Shown here piece after piece: positions 39,226 to 48,304 of a DNA stretch of 64,000 nucleotides. The position numbers were made by a program, and so were the translations under genes. The notes under the pieces are model-generated. The model was given only the letters and a program-made list of their open reading frames with translations. It made no database searches and was not told the DNA's origin. How positions within the stretch are numbered: the first letter of the stretch is position 1; the number at the start of each line of letters is the position of its first letter. Origin of the DNA: an uncultured Clostridia bacterium (GTDB lineage Bacteria; Bacillota; Clostridia; Christensenellales; CAMQZB01); assembly GCA_964406735.1 (NCBI GenBank), contig CAYOSU010000005.1, forward strand, positions 11,407 to 75,406, written 5' to 3'.

Positions 39226-39323
39226 GCAAGGCTACGGTCTTGAAAAACCCAAATTATCGAACGGTTACCGTTATGCTATATCATTCGAGGCTTAATTCCA
39301 AACAAAGAAGGTGCTTAAAAACT

Positions 39324-39857
39324 ATGGAAATCGGCAGTAAAATCAAGGGCTTAAGGCTTGCGGTAGGACTTACTCAAGAAGAGCTTGCGGACAGATGCGA
39401 CTTGACGAAAGGTTACATCAGCCAGCTTGAAAACGATCTTACCTCCCCCGCTATTTCGACGCTCGAGGATCTCCTCGCTGCGCTCGGTACGGACTTAAGC
39501 GAGTTTTTCTCGTCCGAATCGGACGAAAGAGTGGTCTTCACCGAAGACGACTATTTCGTCAAGGAATACGACGACGAAAAGACTACTTGGCTGGTGCCTA
39601 ACAGTCAAAGAAACAGCATGGAGCCTATTAAATGCACTCTTTCGGGAAAGGCGAAAACGGACGTTGACAACCCGCACGAGGGCGAGGAGTTCGGCTACGT
39701 TTTGTCGGGCGAGGTTATACTTCATACCGGCGGCAAGAGATTCAGAGTGAAAAAAGGACAGTCTTTTTATTTCACTTCTTCCACCAACCATTTCCTGGAA
39801 AACCCCTCAAACGAGATCGCTGAGATAATCTGGGTCTCGTCTCCCCCTAACTTTTAA
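39324..39857 (+). CDS. XRE-family HTH regulator with a C-terminal cupin domain (PuuR-like architecture)
   Basis: HTH LTQEELADRCDLTKGYISQLEN, then a cupin segment HEGEEFGYVLSGEVILHTGGKRFRVKKGQSFYF. The ATG at 39324 is preferred over the ORF-track TTG at 39240. Confidence 0.8.
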   Translation: MEIGSKIKGLRLAVGLTQEELADRCDLTKGYISQLENDLTSPAISTLEDLLAALGTDLSEFFSSESDERVVFTEDDYFVKEYDDEKTTWLVPNSQRNSMEPIKCTLSGKAKTDVDNPHEGEEFGYVLSGEVILHTGGKRFRVKKGQSFYFTSSTNHFLENPSNEIAEIIWVSSPPNF

Positions 39858-39948
39858 TATAAAAAGATCGTATTAAACGACTTATATACCAAACTTTCAA
39901 AAGCTATCTGCTTTGGCTTACGCTAAGGCAATGGAAAGGAGTATGTTT

Positions 39949-41454
39949 ATGGAAAACAAAATTATCGAGCTTAAAAACATCACTAAACGCTACGGAGACT
40001 TTACTGCGGTGGACAACCTCAACCTTTACATAAGAAAGGGTGAGTTCGTAACCCTTTTAGGTCCGTCAGGTTGCGGCAAGACGACTACTCTTCGCATGAT
40101 CGCAGGCTTCGAGATGCCTGACGAGGGCGAAGTGCTTTTTAACGGAAAGGACATTTCCGAAATACCGCCGTATAAGCGCAATATCAATACAGTTTTCCAA
40201 CGATACGCTCTTTTCCCCCATTATAACGTATTCAACAACATCGCATTCGGTCTTAAATTGAAGACCTTTGAAAAAGATTACGTCGACAAAAACGGCGTTA
40301 CCAAGACCAAAAAGGTACACTACTCAAAGGCGGAAATCGCCAAAAAGGTCAAAAACGCTCTTAAAATAGTAGGACTTTCAGACTACGAGGACAGAGACGT
40401 CTCCTCTCTTTCGGGCGGTCAGCAGCAAAGAGTCGCTATCGCAAGAGCTATCGTTAACGAGCCCGAGATCCTTCTTCTCGACGAGCCTTTGGGCGCACTC
40501 GACCTTAAGATGAGAAAGGACATGCAGCTCGAGCTTAAAGCGATGCACAAAAAGCTCGGCATCACGTTTATTTACGTTACGCACGACCAAGAGGAAGCGC
40601 TCACGATGAGCGACACCATAGTCGTTATGAAGGACGGAGAGATCCAGCAGATCGGTACGCCGATAGACATCTACAACGAGCCTAAAAACGCTTTCGTTGC
40701 TGACTTTATCGGAGAGTCCAACATCGTTGACGGCGTTATGAAAAAGGACTTCCTCGTAGAGTTCGACAACGTAACGGCAAAATGTACAGACCACGGCTTC
40801 GGCGAAAACGAGAGAGTCGACGTCGTTATACGTCCCGAGGACTTTTATATCACCGATCCTACCGAAAAGGGTCTTATTTCGGGAACTATCGTTTCCTCCG
40901 TATTCAAGGGTATGGACTACGAAATGGAGGTTAAGTCCGATTCGGGCTGTGAATTCTTGGTAAAAGATACTAAGTTCCGCCCCGTAGGAAGCGAGGTATC
41001 GCTCTTTATCGACCCCGATGACATCCATATCATGAAGAAGATGCACGTCGAAAACGACTTGGAGGGTGTCATCTCCGATTTCAACGAAATAGAGCTTTCG
41101 GGCGGCTATTTTGCTTGCAACACCAACGCACTCACTTCTTATTCCTCTCTCGACGAGGACGGAAAGCCTCTTGACGAGAACGGCGAAATAATCGACCTTA
41201 AAGGCAGAAAGGTACGTGTAGTTATTCCTTTCGACAAGGTCGAGCTTACGGACGACGAGGCGGACGGCGTTATCGGCGCAGACGTCATTACCATTCTCTT
41301 CAAGGGTAACCATTATCAGTACGGCGTTAAGACGGACGCTAACGATTTCTTCTATTGCGACAGCCTCGACCAGTGGGACGACGGCGACAGAGTAGGCATT
41401 AAGGTAGATCCTAAGGACATCACCTTGGAGCTTTTGAGCGAGGTGGAAGAATAA
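39949..41454 (+). CDS. potA: spermidine/putrescine-type ABC transporter ATP-binding protein with an extended C-terminus
   Basis: [23 protein letters not shown] and [14 protein letters not shown] at 39949 with an AAGGAG Shine-Dalgarno. About 500 aa, that is, extra sequence after the first TOBE-like region. Confidence 0.85.
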   Translation: MENKIIELKNITKRYGDFTAVDNLNLYIRKGEFVTLLGPSGCGKTTTLRMIAGFEMPDEGEVLFNGKDISEIPPYKRNINTVFQRYALFPHYNVFNNIAFGLKLKTFEKDYVDKNGVTKTKKVHYSKAEIAKKVKNALKIVGLSDYEDRDVSSLSGGQQQRVAIARAIVNEPEILLLDEPLGALDLKMRKDMQLELKAMHKKLGITFIYVTHDQEEALTMSDTIVVMKDGEIQQIGTPIDIYNEPKNAFVADFIGESNIVDGVMKKDFLVEFDNVTAKCTDHGFGENERVDVVIRPEDFYITDPTEKGLISGTIVSSVFKGMDYEMEVKSDSGCEFLVKDTKFRPVGSEVSLFIDPDDIHIMKKMHVENDLEGVISDFNEIELSGGYFACNTNALTSYSSLDEDGKPLDENGEIIDLKGRKVRVVIPFDKVELTDDEADGVIGADVITILFKGNHYQYGVKTDANDFFYCDSLDQWDDGDRVGIKVDPKDITLELLSEVEE

Positions 41455-42236
41455 TGAGAGTTTTTTCCAGAAAGACGTTGAGTATTCCTTACGGAGTATT
41501 CCTTGCGGTCTTCATCATAATTCCGCTTATACTTATCGTATTTTACGCTTTTACCGATAGAGAAGGTAACGTAACTTTTTCTAACTTCGTTTCATTCTTC
41601 TCTAACGGCGAAGCGATAAACGCTTTCCTCTATTCCGTTTATGTAGCAGTTATAACTACCGTTTGCTGTCTCGTTTTAGCCTTCCCGGTTGCATTGATAC
41701 TTTCTAACCCAAAGCTCAACAAGTCTAAGGTTACGGTCGTTCTCTTTATTCTCCCTATGTGGATGAACTTCCTTTTGAGAACGCTTGCTATAAGAGAAAT
41801 GTTCTTCTTTGCTGACATAAGGCTTGGTGAGTTTACCACAATACTCGGTATGGTATATAACTTCTTGCCGTTTATGATACTTCCCATCTACAACAGCCTC
41901 ACAAAGATAGACAAATCTTATTCCGAGGCAGCGGAAGACCTCGGCGCAACGCCTTTACACGTTCTTGTTAAGGTTACCATACCTCTTTCCGTTCCCGGAA
42001 TAATGTCGGGCGTTTTGATGGTATTTATGCCCTCTATCTCGACGTTCGTTATCTCCGACCTTTTGTCTGTCGGACGTATACAGCTTCTCGGAAACCTCAT
42101 CAACCTCAACTTTACGACGGGCAACAACTGGAACTACGGTTCGGCTATATCGCTGATACTTCTTATTCTTATCGGTATCACGATGTTCATAACCGACCAA
42201 AAGGAAACTGAAAAAGCAGGAGGCGGATTATGGTAA
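41454..42236 (+). CDS. potB: polyamine ABC transporter permease
   Basis: A 260-aa protein with 6 TM segments and the EAA loop SYSEAAEDLGATPLHVLVKVTIP. Confidence 0.85.
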   Translation: MRVFSRKTLSIPYGVFLAVFIIIPLILIVFYAFTDREGNVTFSNFVSFFSNGEAINAFLYSVYVAVITTVCCLVLAFPVALILSNPKLNKSKVTVVLFILPMWMNFLLRTLAIREMFFFADIRLGEFTTILGMVYNFLPFMILPIYNSLTKIDKSYSEAAEDLGATPLHVLVKVTIPLSVPGIMSGVLMVFMPSISTFVISDLLSVGRIQLLGNLINLNFTTGNNWNYGSAISLILLILIGITMFITDQKETEKAGGGLW

Positions 42237-43021
42237 AGAAAACTTTTGCTTGGATATATATCGGAATAGTTCTTGCCTTTATATACCTCCCCATCGCATT
42301 CATCATCGTATATTCCTTTACTACGAGCAAGGTAATCGGAAGCTGGAGCGGCTTTACGTTCGAGCTATATAAAGAGGTCTTCGTAGGAGCAGAAAGCGAA
42401 AAGATACTTACCGCACTCAAAAATACAGTTGTTTTAGGACTTTCGTCCTCACTTATCGCAACGATACTCGGAACGGTAGGCGCAATAGGAATATTTAACC
42501 TTAAACACAAAACGCAAAAGTTATTTTCCACGATAAACCAGATACCTATCCTTAACGCCGACATCGTTACGGGTGTATCCCTCCTTTTGCTATTTGTTTT
42601 CCTCAACATCGAAAGAGGCTTTTTGACAGTTCTTATCTGCCACGTTTCATTCTCTGCACCATACGTTCTTTTGAACGTTATGCCAAGGCTTGAAAGTATG
42701 GACAATTCTACTTACGAAGCAGCTCTCGATCTCGGCGCAACGCCTATGCAGGCACTTTTCAAAGTAATTATCCCCGACATATTCCCCGGAATGGTATCGG
42801 GTTTCATGCTCGCATTCACGCTTTCCATCGACGATTTCGTCATCACCGTATTCAACAACGGTTCTTTCCAGACGCTTTCGACGTTTATTTATGCAGACGC
42901 CAAAAAAGGCGGTCTTACGCCGTCGCTTCGTGCGCTATCGACCCTCATATTCCTGGTCGTTTTGACGCTCTTACTCGTAGTCAACCTGCGTACTGCTAAG
43001 GCAAAGGAGGGTAAAAAATGA
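42230..43021 (+). CDS. potC: polyamine ABC transporter permease
   Basis: A 263-aa protein with the EAA loop TYEAALDLGATPMQALFKVIIP and an AGGAGG Shine-Dalgarno. Confidence 0.85.
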   Translation: MVKKTFAWIYIGIVLAFIYLPIAFIIVYSFTTSKVIGSWSGFTFELYKEVFVGAESEKILTALKNTVVLGLSSSLIATILGTVGAIGIFNLKHKTQKLFSTINQIPILNADIVTGVSLLLLFVFLNIERGFLTVLICHVSFSAPYVLLNVMPRLESMDNSTYEAALDLGATPMQALFKVIIPDIFPGMVSGFMLAFTLSIDDFVITVFNNGSFQTLSTFIYADAKKGGLTPSLRALSTLIFLVVLTLLLVVNLRTAKAKEGKK

Positions 43022-44385
43022 AAAGACTTACTAAAATTTTAGCTATCATCCTCTGCCTCGTACTAGTTCTTTCCGCCTTTTCAGGCTGCAAGGACGAGAG
43101 ATCTACCGTTCTTCGCATATATAACTGGGAAGATTATATCGACCCCGAGGTCTTGGACGATTTCGTTGAGTATTATTACGACAAATACGGTATTTGGTTG
43201 ACTATATCTTACGAGACATTCGACACCAACGAGACGATGTATACTAAGATCGAAAAGGCGCACGAGGATTACGACCTCTGCGCACCGAGTGAGTATATGA
43301 TCGAGAAGATGAAAAACGAAGGACTTATTCAGCAGATGGATGAGGAGATCGTCGGAGAGGTATATAAACAGTACGTACCTAAGTATATCAGAGATCAGTT
43401 TGCGATCGTTACGGGAAACACCGACACGGAGCTTTACGCAGTAGGCTATATGTGGGGAACGCTCGGAATCATATATAACAAGGACAAAGTTCCTCTCGAA
43501 GAGCTTGAAGAAAAAGGCTGGGGCATCCTCTGGGATGAGAAATACTCGGGCAAGATATTTATGAAGGACTCTATAAGAGATTCTTACGCAGTCGGAAACC
43601 TTTACGTTTTCAGAGAACAGTATTTCGCTTTGAGAGATCAGTACGACAACGGAGAATTGACTCTTTCGGAGTATCAGGCAAATATACAAGAGCTTTTCAA
43701 CAGGACGGACGACGAGACGGTCGCACTCATCGAAGAGGCACTCATCAACCAAAAAGAGACCGTTGACGCAATGTACGACGTCGATAACGACAAGAACGCT
43801 ATGGTAAACGGTACGGCATACCTCGACGTTGCTTGGTCGGGCGATGCGAGATGGGCTATCGTCGAGTCAAACGAGACCGACAACGGCGTAAATCTCGGCT
43901 ACTACATCCCCCGTGAAGGCACGAACGTTTGGTTTGACGGTTGGATCATCCCGAAGTACGCTAAGAACGTGCAGGCGGCTAACGAATTTGCGGCGTTCCT
44001 GATGCTCCCCGAAAATTCCATACGCATTATGGACTATATCGGATATCCCTCATGCGTCGGCGGCGACGAGGTTTATGAATACGCAAAAGAGCAGGCGTTC
44101 GAGACGGACACAGAGGATCTTGACGTTTCGTACTTCTTTGAAGGCAAAGATCCTGCCGTCGTTACGGATACTATGTATCCTGACCTTAGCCAAATCACCT
44201 CTGCGGCAGTTATGCAGGACTTTGGCGAGGCGAACTCCTCTATCAACGAGATGTGGGCAAGAGTTAAGGGCAATACCCTTACGCCGATGATAATCATCGT
44301 TGACTCCATCGTTGCGGCAGGACTTTTGTTTATGGTCGCAAGAAAGATCTTCAGGTTCGCAAAAAAGAAGTCAAGGGCCAAATAA
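43018..44385 (+). CDS. potD: polyamine-type substrate-binding lipoprotein with an additional C-terminal TM anchor
   Basis: Lipobox LSAFSGC and the PotD-like start LRIYNWEDYIDPEV. The C-terminus PMIIIVDSIVAAGLLFMVARKIFRFAKKKSRAK is a hydrophobic helix with a basic tail. Confidence 0.8.
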   Translation: MKRLTKILAIILCLVLVLSAFSGCKDERSTVLRIYNWEDYIDPEVLDDFVEYYYDKYGIWLTISYETFDTNETMYTKIEKAHEDYDLCAPSEYMIEKMKNEGLIQQMDEEIVGEVYKQYVPKYIRDQFAIVTGNTDTELYAVGYMWGTLGIIYNKDKVPLEELEEKGWGILWDEKYSGKIFMKDSIRDSYAVGNLYVFREQYFALRDQYDNGELTLSEYQANIQELFNRTDDETVALIEEALINQKETVDAMYDVDNDKNAMVNGTAYLDVAWSGDARWAIVESNETDNGVNLGYYIPREGTNVWFDGWIIPKYAKNVQAANEFAAFLMLPENSIRIMDYIGYPSCVGGDEVYEYAKEQAFETDTEDLDVSYFFEGKDPAVVTDTMYPDLSQITSAAVMQDFGEANSSINEMWARVKGNTLTPMIIIVDSIVAAGLLFMVARKIFRFAKKKSRAK

Positions 44386-44400
44386 GCAACAAAAATTTAA

Positions 44401-44430
44401 GGCACTCTCGCTTGAGAGTGCCCTTTTATT
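44401..44430 (+). terminator. intrinsic terminator of the pot operon
   Basis: GGCACTCTC-gctt-GAGAGTGCC followed by CTTTTATTTG. Confidence 0.8.
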
Positions 44431-44707
44431 TGTAATTTTTGCCGTTTTGCGGATAAAACGCAGTTTTTGCCTATTTCGCTTTTGCCGCCAATTTGTGCTT
44501 GCGATAGCTTGTAGTTGTTACGATGCAAACGGTTGGGCGATCGGTCAAAACAGCGGCATAATATGCCATCGTTAGATTTTTATTGACACCAGCACCCAAC
44601 ACTAACTCTACGGACGGCGTTCTGTTTTGCGTTTTGCATAAGTAGACTTCAAATCATAAACGACAGCCTATTTTCAAGAACGTTCGCTATGACGCAAGCG
44701 ACGAGTA

Positions 44708-46144
44708 TTATTCTTTGTCGTCGGTAATGCCGAGGATATCATTCATTACTTTCTCTGTTTCGAGAAGGTAATTGCCTTTTCTTATCCTTTTCCTGATAGA
44801 GGTGTATTTGGCGTTTGCATCTCTGTTTTTCGTTATGGTGCGCATTACGTCAATAGGCGGATATAAGCCAAACTCTTCTAAATAGCGATCGACGACAAGT
44901 ATACCGTCGCAGTATCCCCTGAAAAGCATTGCAAGCTTGTCCTGAGTAAACATATGTCGTGTCGCATCCATAAGACGGTTCAAATTCATTGTGAAAAGCA
45001 ACGTTATCGAGCCGCCAGTACTTGTATTGCGCGCAAGAATAAACAGGTCTTGGAAAAGGCTTAATGCTTCAAGCTCGCGGTCATTGCTCGTTTCGGCGTA
45101 TTTGACTAATAGCTTCATGACGTCTTCGAGCGCATCGATAACGAATATTATATCCTTGCCGTCAGCGTAATCTCTCTTGACGTTAGCAACGACGTACCTG
45201 AATGTTGAAAACTGAAAGTCATCACTCTTGTCCACTACCCTATACTCAGTTTCACTCTCGGGAACGTTGTTTTTATAGCCCTTTAGGTCGAGCGTATATA
45301 CGACGGCAATTTTTTCAAGAGCACGCCTTATATTGTACAATAAAGGGGACATCTTCGCTTCAGTGTTCGTCGTGATTATCATCCTTTCACCAAAACGCAA
45401 AGGCGTTAGTTCACTTAACACAGCACCTAAAGCCTTATCGTCCAAAAGCGCGGCAAAATCTATCTTTTTCTTTGGCTTTATTATCCCTTTGCTGATATAC
45501 GGGTCGCAATACTTCGTTCCGAACGGCACACCGTTTACCGTCATTACCTCGTCTATTATCTCGTACGGACCTTTGATCTTGACGTGAACACGCAATTTAT
45601 CTCCGACTTGCAGCTTTTTGCTTTGATAGAAGTCCTCGGTTATTATCGGGTCGCCGCTTTCAGGTCCGTATTTCCCGTGTTGCAGGAAATACCTATTATA
45701 AACGCCGTTGACTATTCCCTCGGTCTCGTAGTCCGTTCTTTCGGTGATCGTAGCTTGATACATCTCTAAGTCGAAAGCTACATCGTCTTGCGTCGAAGAA
45801 GACGAAGCATCATTGTCGCCGTGGAAATACGATATGCCGTTTTCGTCGTTATAGCGACGGGAAACATCTTCAAGAAGAGTGATAATATCTTCATACGGCG
45901 CATTATCATAAAGCGCACGGTCTTCCGCAAAACCGTCGCACTTAAAAGCCATAAGGCGGTCTTTTAAGGCTGCCATGCTATCTTTAATTGATGGCTTTGC
46001 ACCTATTATCTCGCATAATGCGATAAGCTGTTCTTTATACAGAAGATCAAGCACTTCCGTACATACGTTATAGCCTCGAAGAATTGTTAAAAGCTTTGAT
46101 TGTAAAGGGGTCAAGTCTTTGTTTCTATCGTTAGCTTGCGACAA
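44708..46144 (-). CDS. Rho-like protein (Rho_N-like, OB/CSD-like and RecA-like core) with degenerate Walker A and catalytic motifs
   Basis: By-eye collinear similarity to E. coli Rho: FGERMIITTNTEAKMSPLLYNI vs GQRGLIVAPPKAGKTMLLQNI, GGSITLLFT vs GGSLTIIAT, LYPPIDVMRT vs VFPAIDYNRS, and LQVGDKLRVHVK vs [12 protein letters not shown]. TTG start at 46144 with a GGAGGAG Shine-Dalgarno. Confidence 0.6.
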   Translation of the reverse strand: MSQANDRNKDLTPLQSKLLTILRGYNVCTEVLDLLYKEQLIALCEIIGAKPSIKDSMAALKDRLMAFKCDGFAEDRALYDNAPYEDIITLLEDVSRRYNDENGISYFHGDNDASSSSTQDDVAFDLEMYQATITERTDYETEGIVNGVYNRYFLQHGKYGPESGDPIITEDFYQSKKLQVGDKLRVHVKIKGPYEIIDEVMTVNGVPFGTKYCDPYISKGIIKPKKKIDFAALLDDKALGAVLSELTPLRFGERMIITTNTEAKMSPLLYNIRRALEKIAVVYTLDLKGYKNNVPESETEYRVVDKSDDFQFSTFRYVVANVKRDYADGKDIIFVIDALEDVMKLLVKYAETSNDRELEALSLFQDLFILARNTSTGGSITLLFTMNLNRLMDATRHMFTQDKLAMLFRGYCDGILVVDRYLEEFGLYPPIDVMRTITKNRDANAKYTSIRKRIRKGNYLLETEKVMNDILGITDDKE

Positions 46145-46518
46145 TTTCTTTCTCCTCCGAATATCATATCATAAGTAACATCAATGCGAAGTGTGCCTTC
46201 GTCCTCTTTAAGCGCATAGGAAAAAGTCTCCACATCGCCGACAAGTCTTCCTTGCGGAAGCCTTATTATGCAAGAAGTCTTTTCGTTTGGCTTTATTAAT
46301 ATAGCCATTTTAGCGTCGCCGCTACGCTTTATTTTGAGCTGGTCGTGCGATGCGGTAAGTTCATAATCGGACTTTTGTCCGTCGTCCTCGTGAACGTAAG
46401 CCAGCTTATGTATTCCATCAATGCACTCCCAATATCCGTCGTACGAATAGGGCGCTTCGCTTTCGTTTGTAATCGTTATCTTGCAATTTTTCATGAGCGT
46501 ATTGTAACACAAAAGCAT
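46111..46518 (-). CDS. DUF1934 (YwiB-like) beta-barrel protein
   Basis: Pattern ...LKIKRSGDAKMAILIKPNEKTSCIIRLPQGRLVGDVETFSYALKEDEGTLRIDVTYDM... fits my recollection of DUF1934. The start is ambiguous (46518 or 46494). The 3' end overlaps the Rho-like gene by 34 nt. Confidence 0.55.
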   Translation of the reverse strand: MLLCYNTLMKNCKITITNESEAPYSYDGYWECIDGIHKLAYVHEDDGQKSDYELTASHDQLKIKRSGDAKMAILIKPNEKTSCIIRLPQGRLVGDVETFSYALKEDEGTLRIDVTYDMIFGGERNCRKLTIETKT

Positions 46519-46712
46519 TCACTATGCAAGATAAATTGCAAAGTAAATGCTTTTTCTTCGTAATAAAAGGTCTATTATGCCTATTTTATGGTGATTTTAC
46601 GCTAAAAACGGTGATTATGCTTTTTGTCTTATCGATACGACCAACTGCGATTTATCCTTAAACGACTTGCGCTTTTTTGATATACTTAATTGCAGTTGGG
46701 AATAAGCTTTTC

Positions 46713-48185
46713 TCACAAGATTATGCAGACGACTCCGCCTCTTCCCTCGTTTACTATCCTCGAAACGGTCTTTCTCATCTTGGTCTTTACTTCCTGAGGC
46801 ATTGCCGCAAGCTTGTTGTTCAAGCCGTCGTTTACCAACGTATTGAGGGACTTGCCGAACAGCTTCGTTTCCCAAATGCCGTCAGGGTTATTCTCAAATT
46901 CCGAAAGCAGGCTCTTTACAAGCTCCTCGCCCTGCTGTTCGGTTGCGACTATAGGGTTTATCTCGGTATCGACGTCAACTCGCATTATGTGCATAGAGGG
47001 AGCTTGCGCTTTAAGCGATACACCGTACTGACCATTCTGAGAGGTAACTTTCGGTTCGAACAGAGTCATCTCGTCTACGGTCGGCGTTACGACGCCGTAG
47101 CCAGATACCTTGACTTCTTCAAGCGCTTCCCTTATCTTATCGTAGCCGTTCTTTGCGGAAATAAGCTCGGAAAGCAGGGTTATCAGCTCGAAATCATCCT
47201 TTATTTCGACGCCGGTAGAGTCGCTTATTACTTTATAGAAAAGCCCGTCTTTCGCCGTGATTTCAGCCGTTATGACACCGCTCCCCATGTTGGCGTTAGG
47301 CTTTATCGAATCGACGTATTCGGAGGACGAGAAAATATCTTCAAGAAATGCAGAAGAGTCCATTTTGTCGAATATATCGACATTGTCTTTCAGGCGTGTC
47401 AAAATATCCGCTATTATCTCGTGATCGGGAGGCAGTGCACTCATCCACTTGGGAAGACCAATCTCAACTTGCTCAACGGGAAATTCGGTCAAAAGAGTAG
47501 CAAGTATCTCCTCTACGCCGTGCTTGTTGAGCTTTGCGAGATTTTTTGGTATTACCGAAACGCCGTATTTTTCCGAAAGCTCCGTTGCCAAGCCTTTTAC
47601 GCTCTCTGCATCGGGAGTTTTTGAGTTGAGCACTATGACGAAGGGCTTTTTGCACGATCTTAAGTCGTTCACGATACGCTCTTCGCTTTCAACGTAGTTT
47701 TCTCGAGGAAGGTCGGAAATACTTCCGTCGCACGTTACCATTACGCCGACGACGGAATGCTCTTCTATGACTTTTTTTGTTCCTAAAGTGGCGGCTTCTT
47801 CAAAGGGCATCTCCTTATCGCTCCAAGGAGTCTTTATGTACCGCTTCTTTTCGCCGTCCTCTTTGCCTATCGCTCCGTCAACGAGGTAGCCTACGCAATC
47901 GACTAAGCGCACGTTGAGTTCGACGTTATTGTCAAGGTTGAGCGTTATCGCAGTGCCGGGGACGAATTTCGGCTCGGTGGTCGTTATCGTCTTGCCGCTA
48001 CCGCTTTGCGGAAGCTCGTCTTTTATTCGTTCACGCTCGCTTTTGCTTTGTACGTTCGGAATGACTGTCGATTCCATAAACCTGCTGATAAACGTCGATT
48101 TCCCCGTGCGAGTGGGGCCAACCACCCCTATATAGATATCTCCGCCGAAGCGGCTCGCTATATCGGCATAGAAGCTATTTCCCAT
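46713..48185 (-). CDS. spoIVA: stage IV sporulation protein A (spore coat morphogenetic ATPase)
   Basis: DIYIGVVGPTRTGKSTFI Walker A, the 490-aa length and the conserved C-terminus ...RIVNEGRGGVVCIIL. Confidence 0.95.
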   Translation of the reverse strand: MGNSFYADIASRFGGDIYIGVVGPTRTGKSTFISRFMESTVIPNVQSKSERERIKDELPQSGSGKTITTTEPKFVPGTAITLNLDNNVELNVRLVDCVGYLVDGAIGKEDGEKKRYIKTPWSDKEMPFEEAATLGTKKVIEEHSVVGVMVTCDGSISDLPRENYVESEERIVNDLRSCKKPFVIVLNSKTPDAESVKGLATELSEKYGVSVIPKNLAKLNKHGVEEILATLLTEFPVEQVEIGLPKWMSALPPDHEIIADILTRLKDNVDIFDKMDSSAFLEDIFSSSEYVDSIKPNANMGSGVITAEITAKDGLFYKVISDSTGVEIKDDFELITLLSELISAKNGYDKIREALEEVKVSGYGVVTPTVDEMTLFEPKVTSQNGQYGVSLKAQAPSMHIMRVDVDTEINPIVATEQQGEELVKSLLSEFENNPDGIWETKLFGKSLNTLVNDGLNNKLAAMPQEVKTKMRKTVSRIVNEGRGGVVCIIL

Positions 48186-48214
48186 ACAATACCTCCAAGT
48201 ATTTCATACTTTTA

Positions 48215-48243
48215 AGTATATGAGTTAATAGAGCAAGATATGA
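48215..48243 (-). promoter_or_regulatory. possible sigma-E-type promoter of spoIVA
   Basis: On the minus strand, TCATATC (48243-48237) and CATATACT (48222-48215) resemble the sigma-E -35 (ATA-rich) and -10 (CATAcanT) elements. The spacing is shorter than consensus, so this is weak. Confidence 0.25.
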
Positions 48244-48268
48244 TAGGGAAAAATCATATTAAAAAACG

Positions 48269-48297
48269 TTGACAAGAGATTACTTATATGATATATT
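48269..48297 (+). promoter_or_regulatory. sigma-A-type promoter for the brnQ T-box leader
   Basis: TTGACA (48269-48274), a 17-nt spacer, then TATATT (48292-48297). Confidence 0.55.
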
Positions 48298-48304
48298 ACT
48301 TGCA

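Noticed and set aside
44386-44707. 322-bp gap between the convergent potD and the Rho-like gene, including ORF 44300..44575 (91 aa)
   Set aside because: The ORF overlaps the potD 3' end out of frame and crosses the pot terminator. The rest shows only short 4-5 bp hairpins, with no promoter-plus-terminator pair or repeat that I could support as an sRNA gene.
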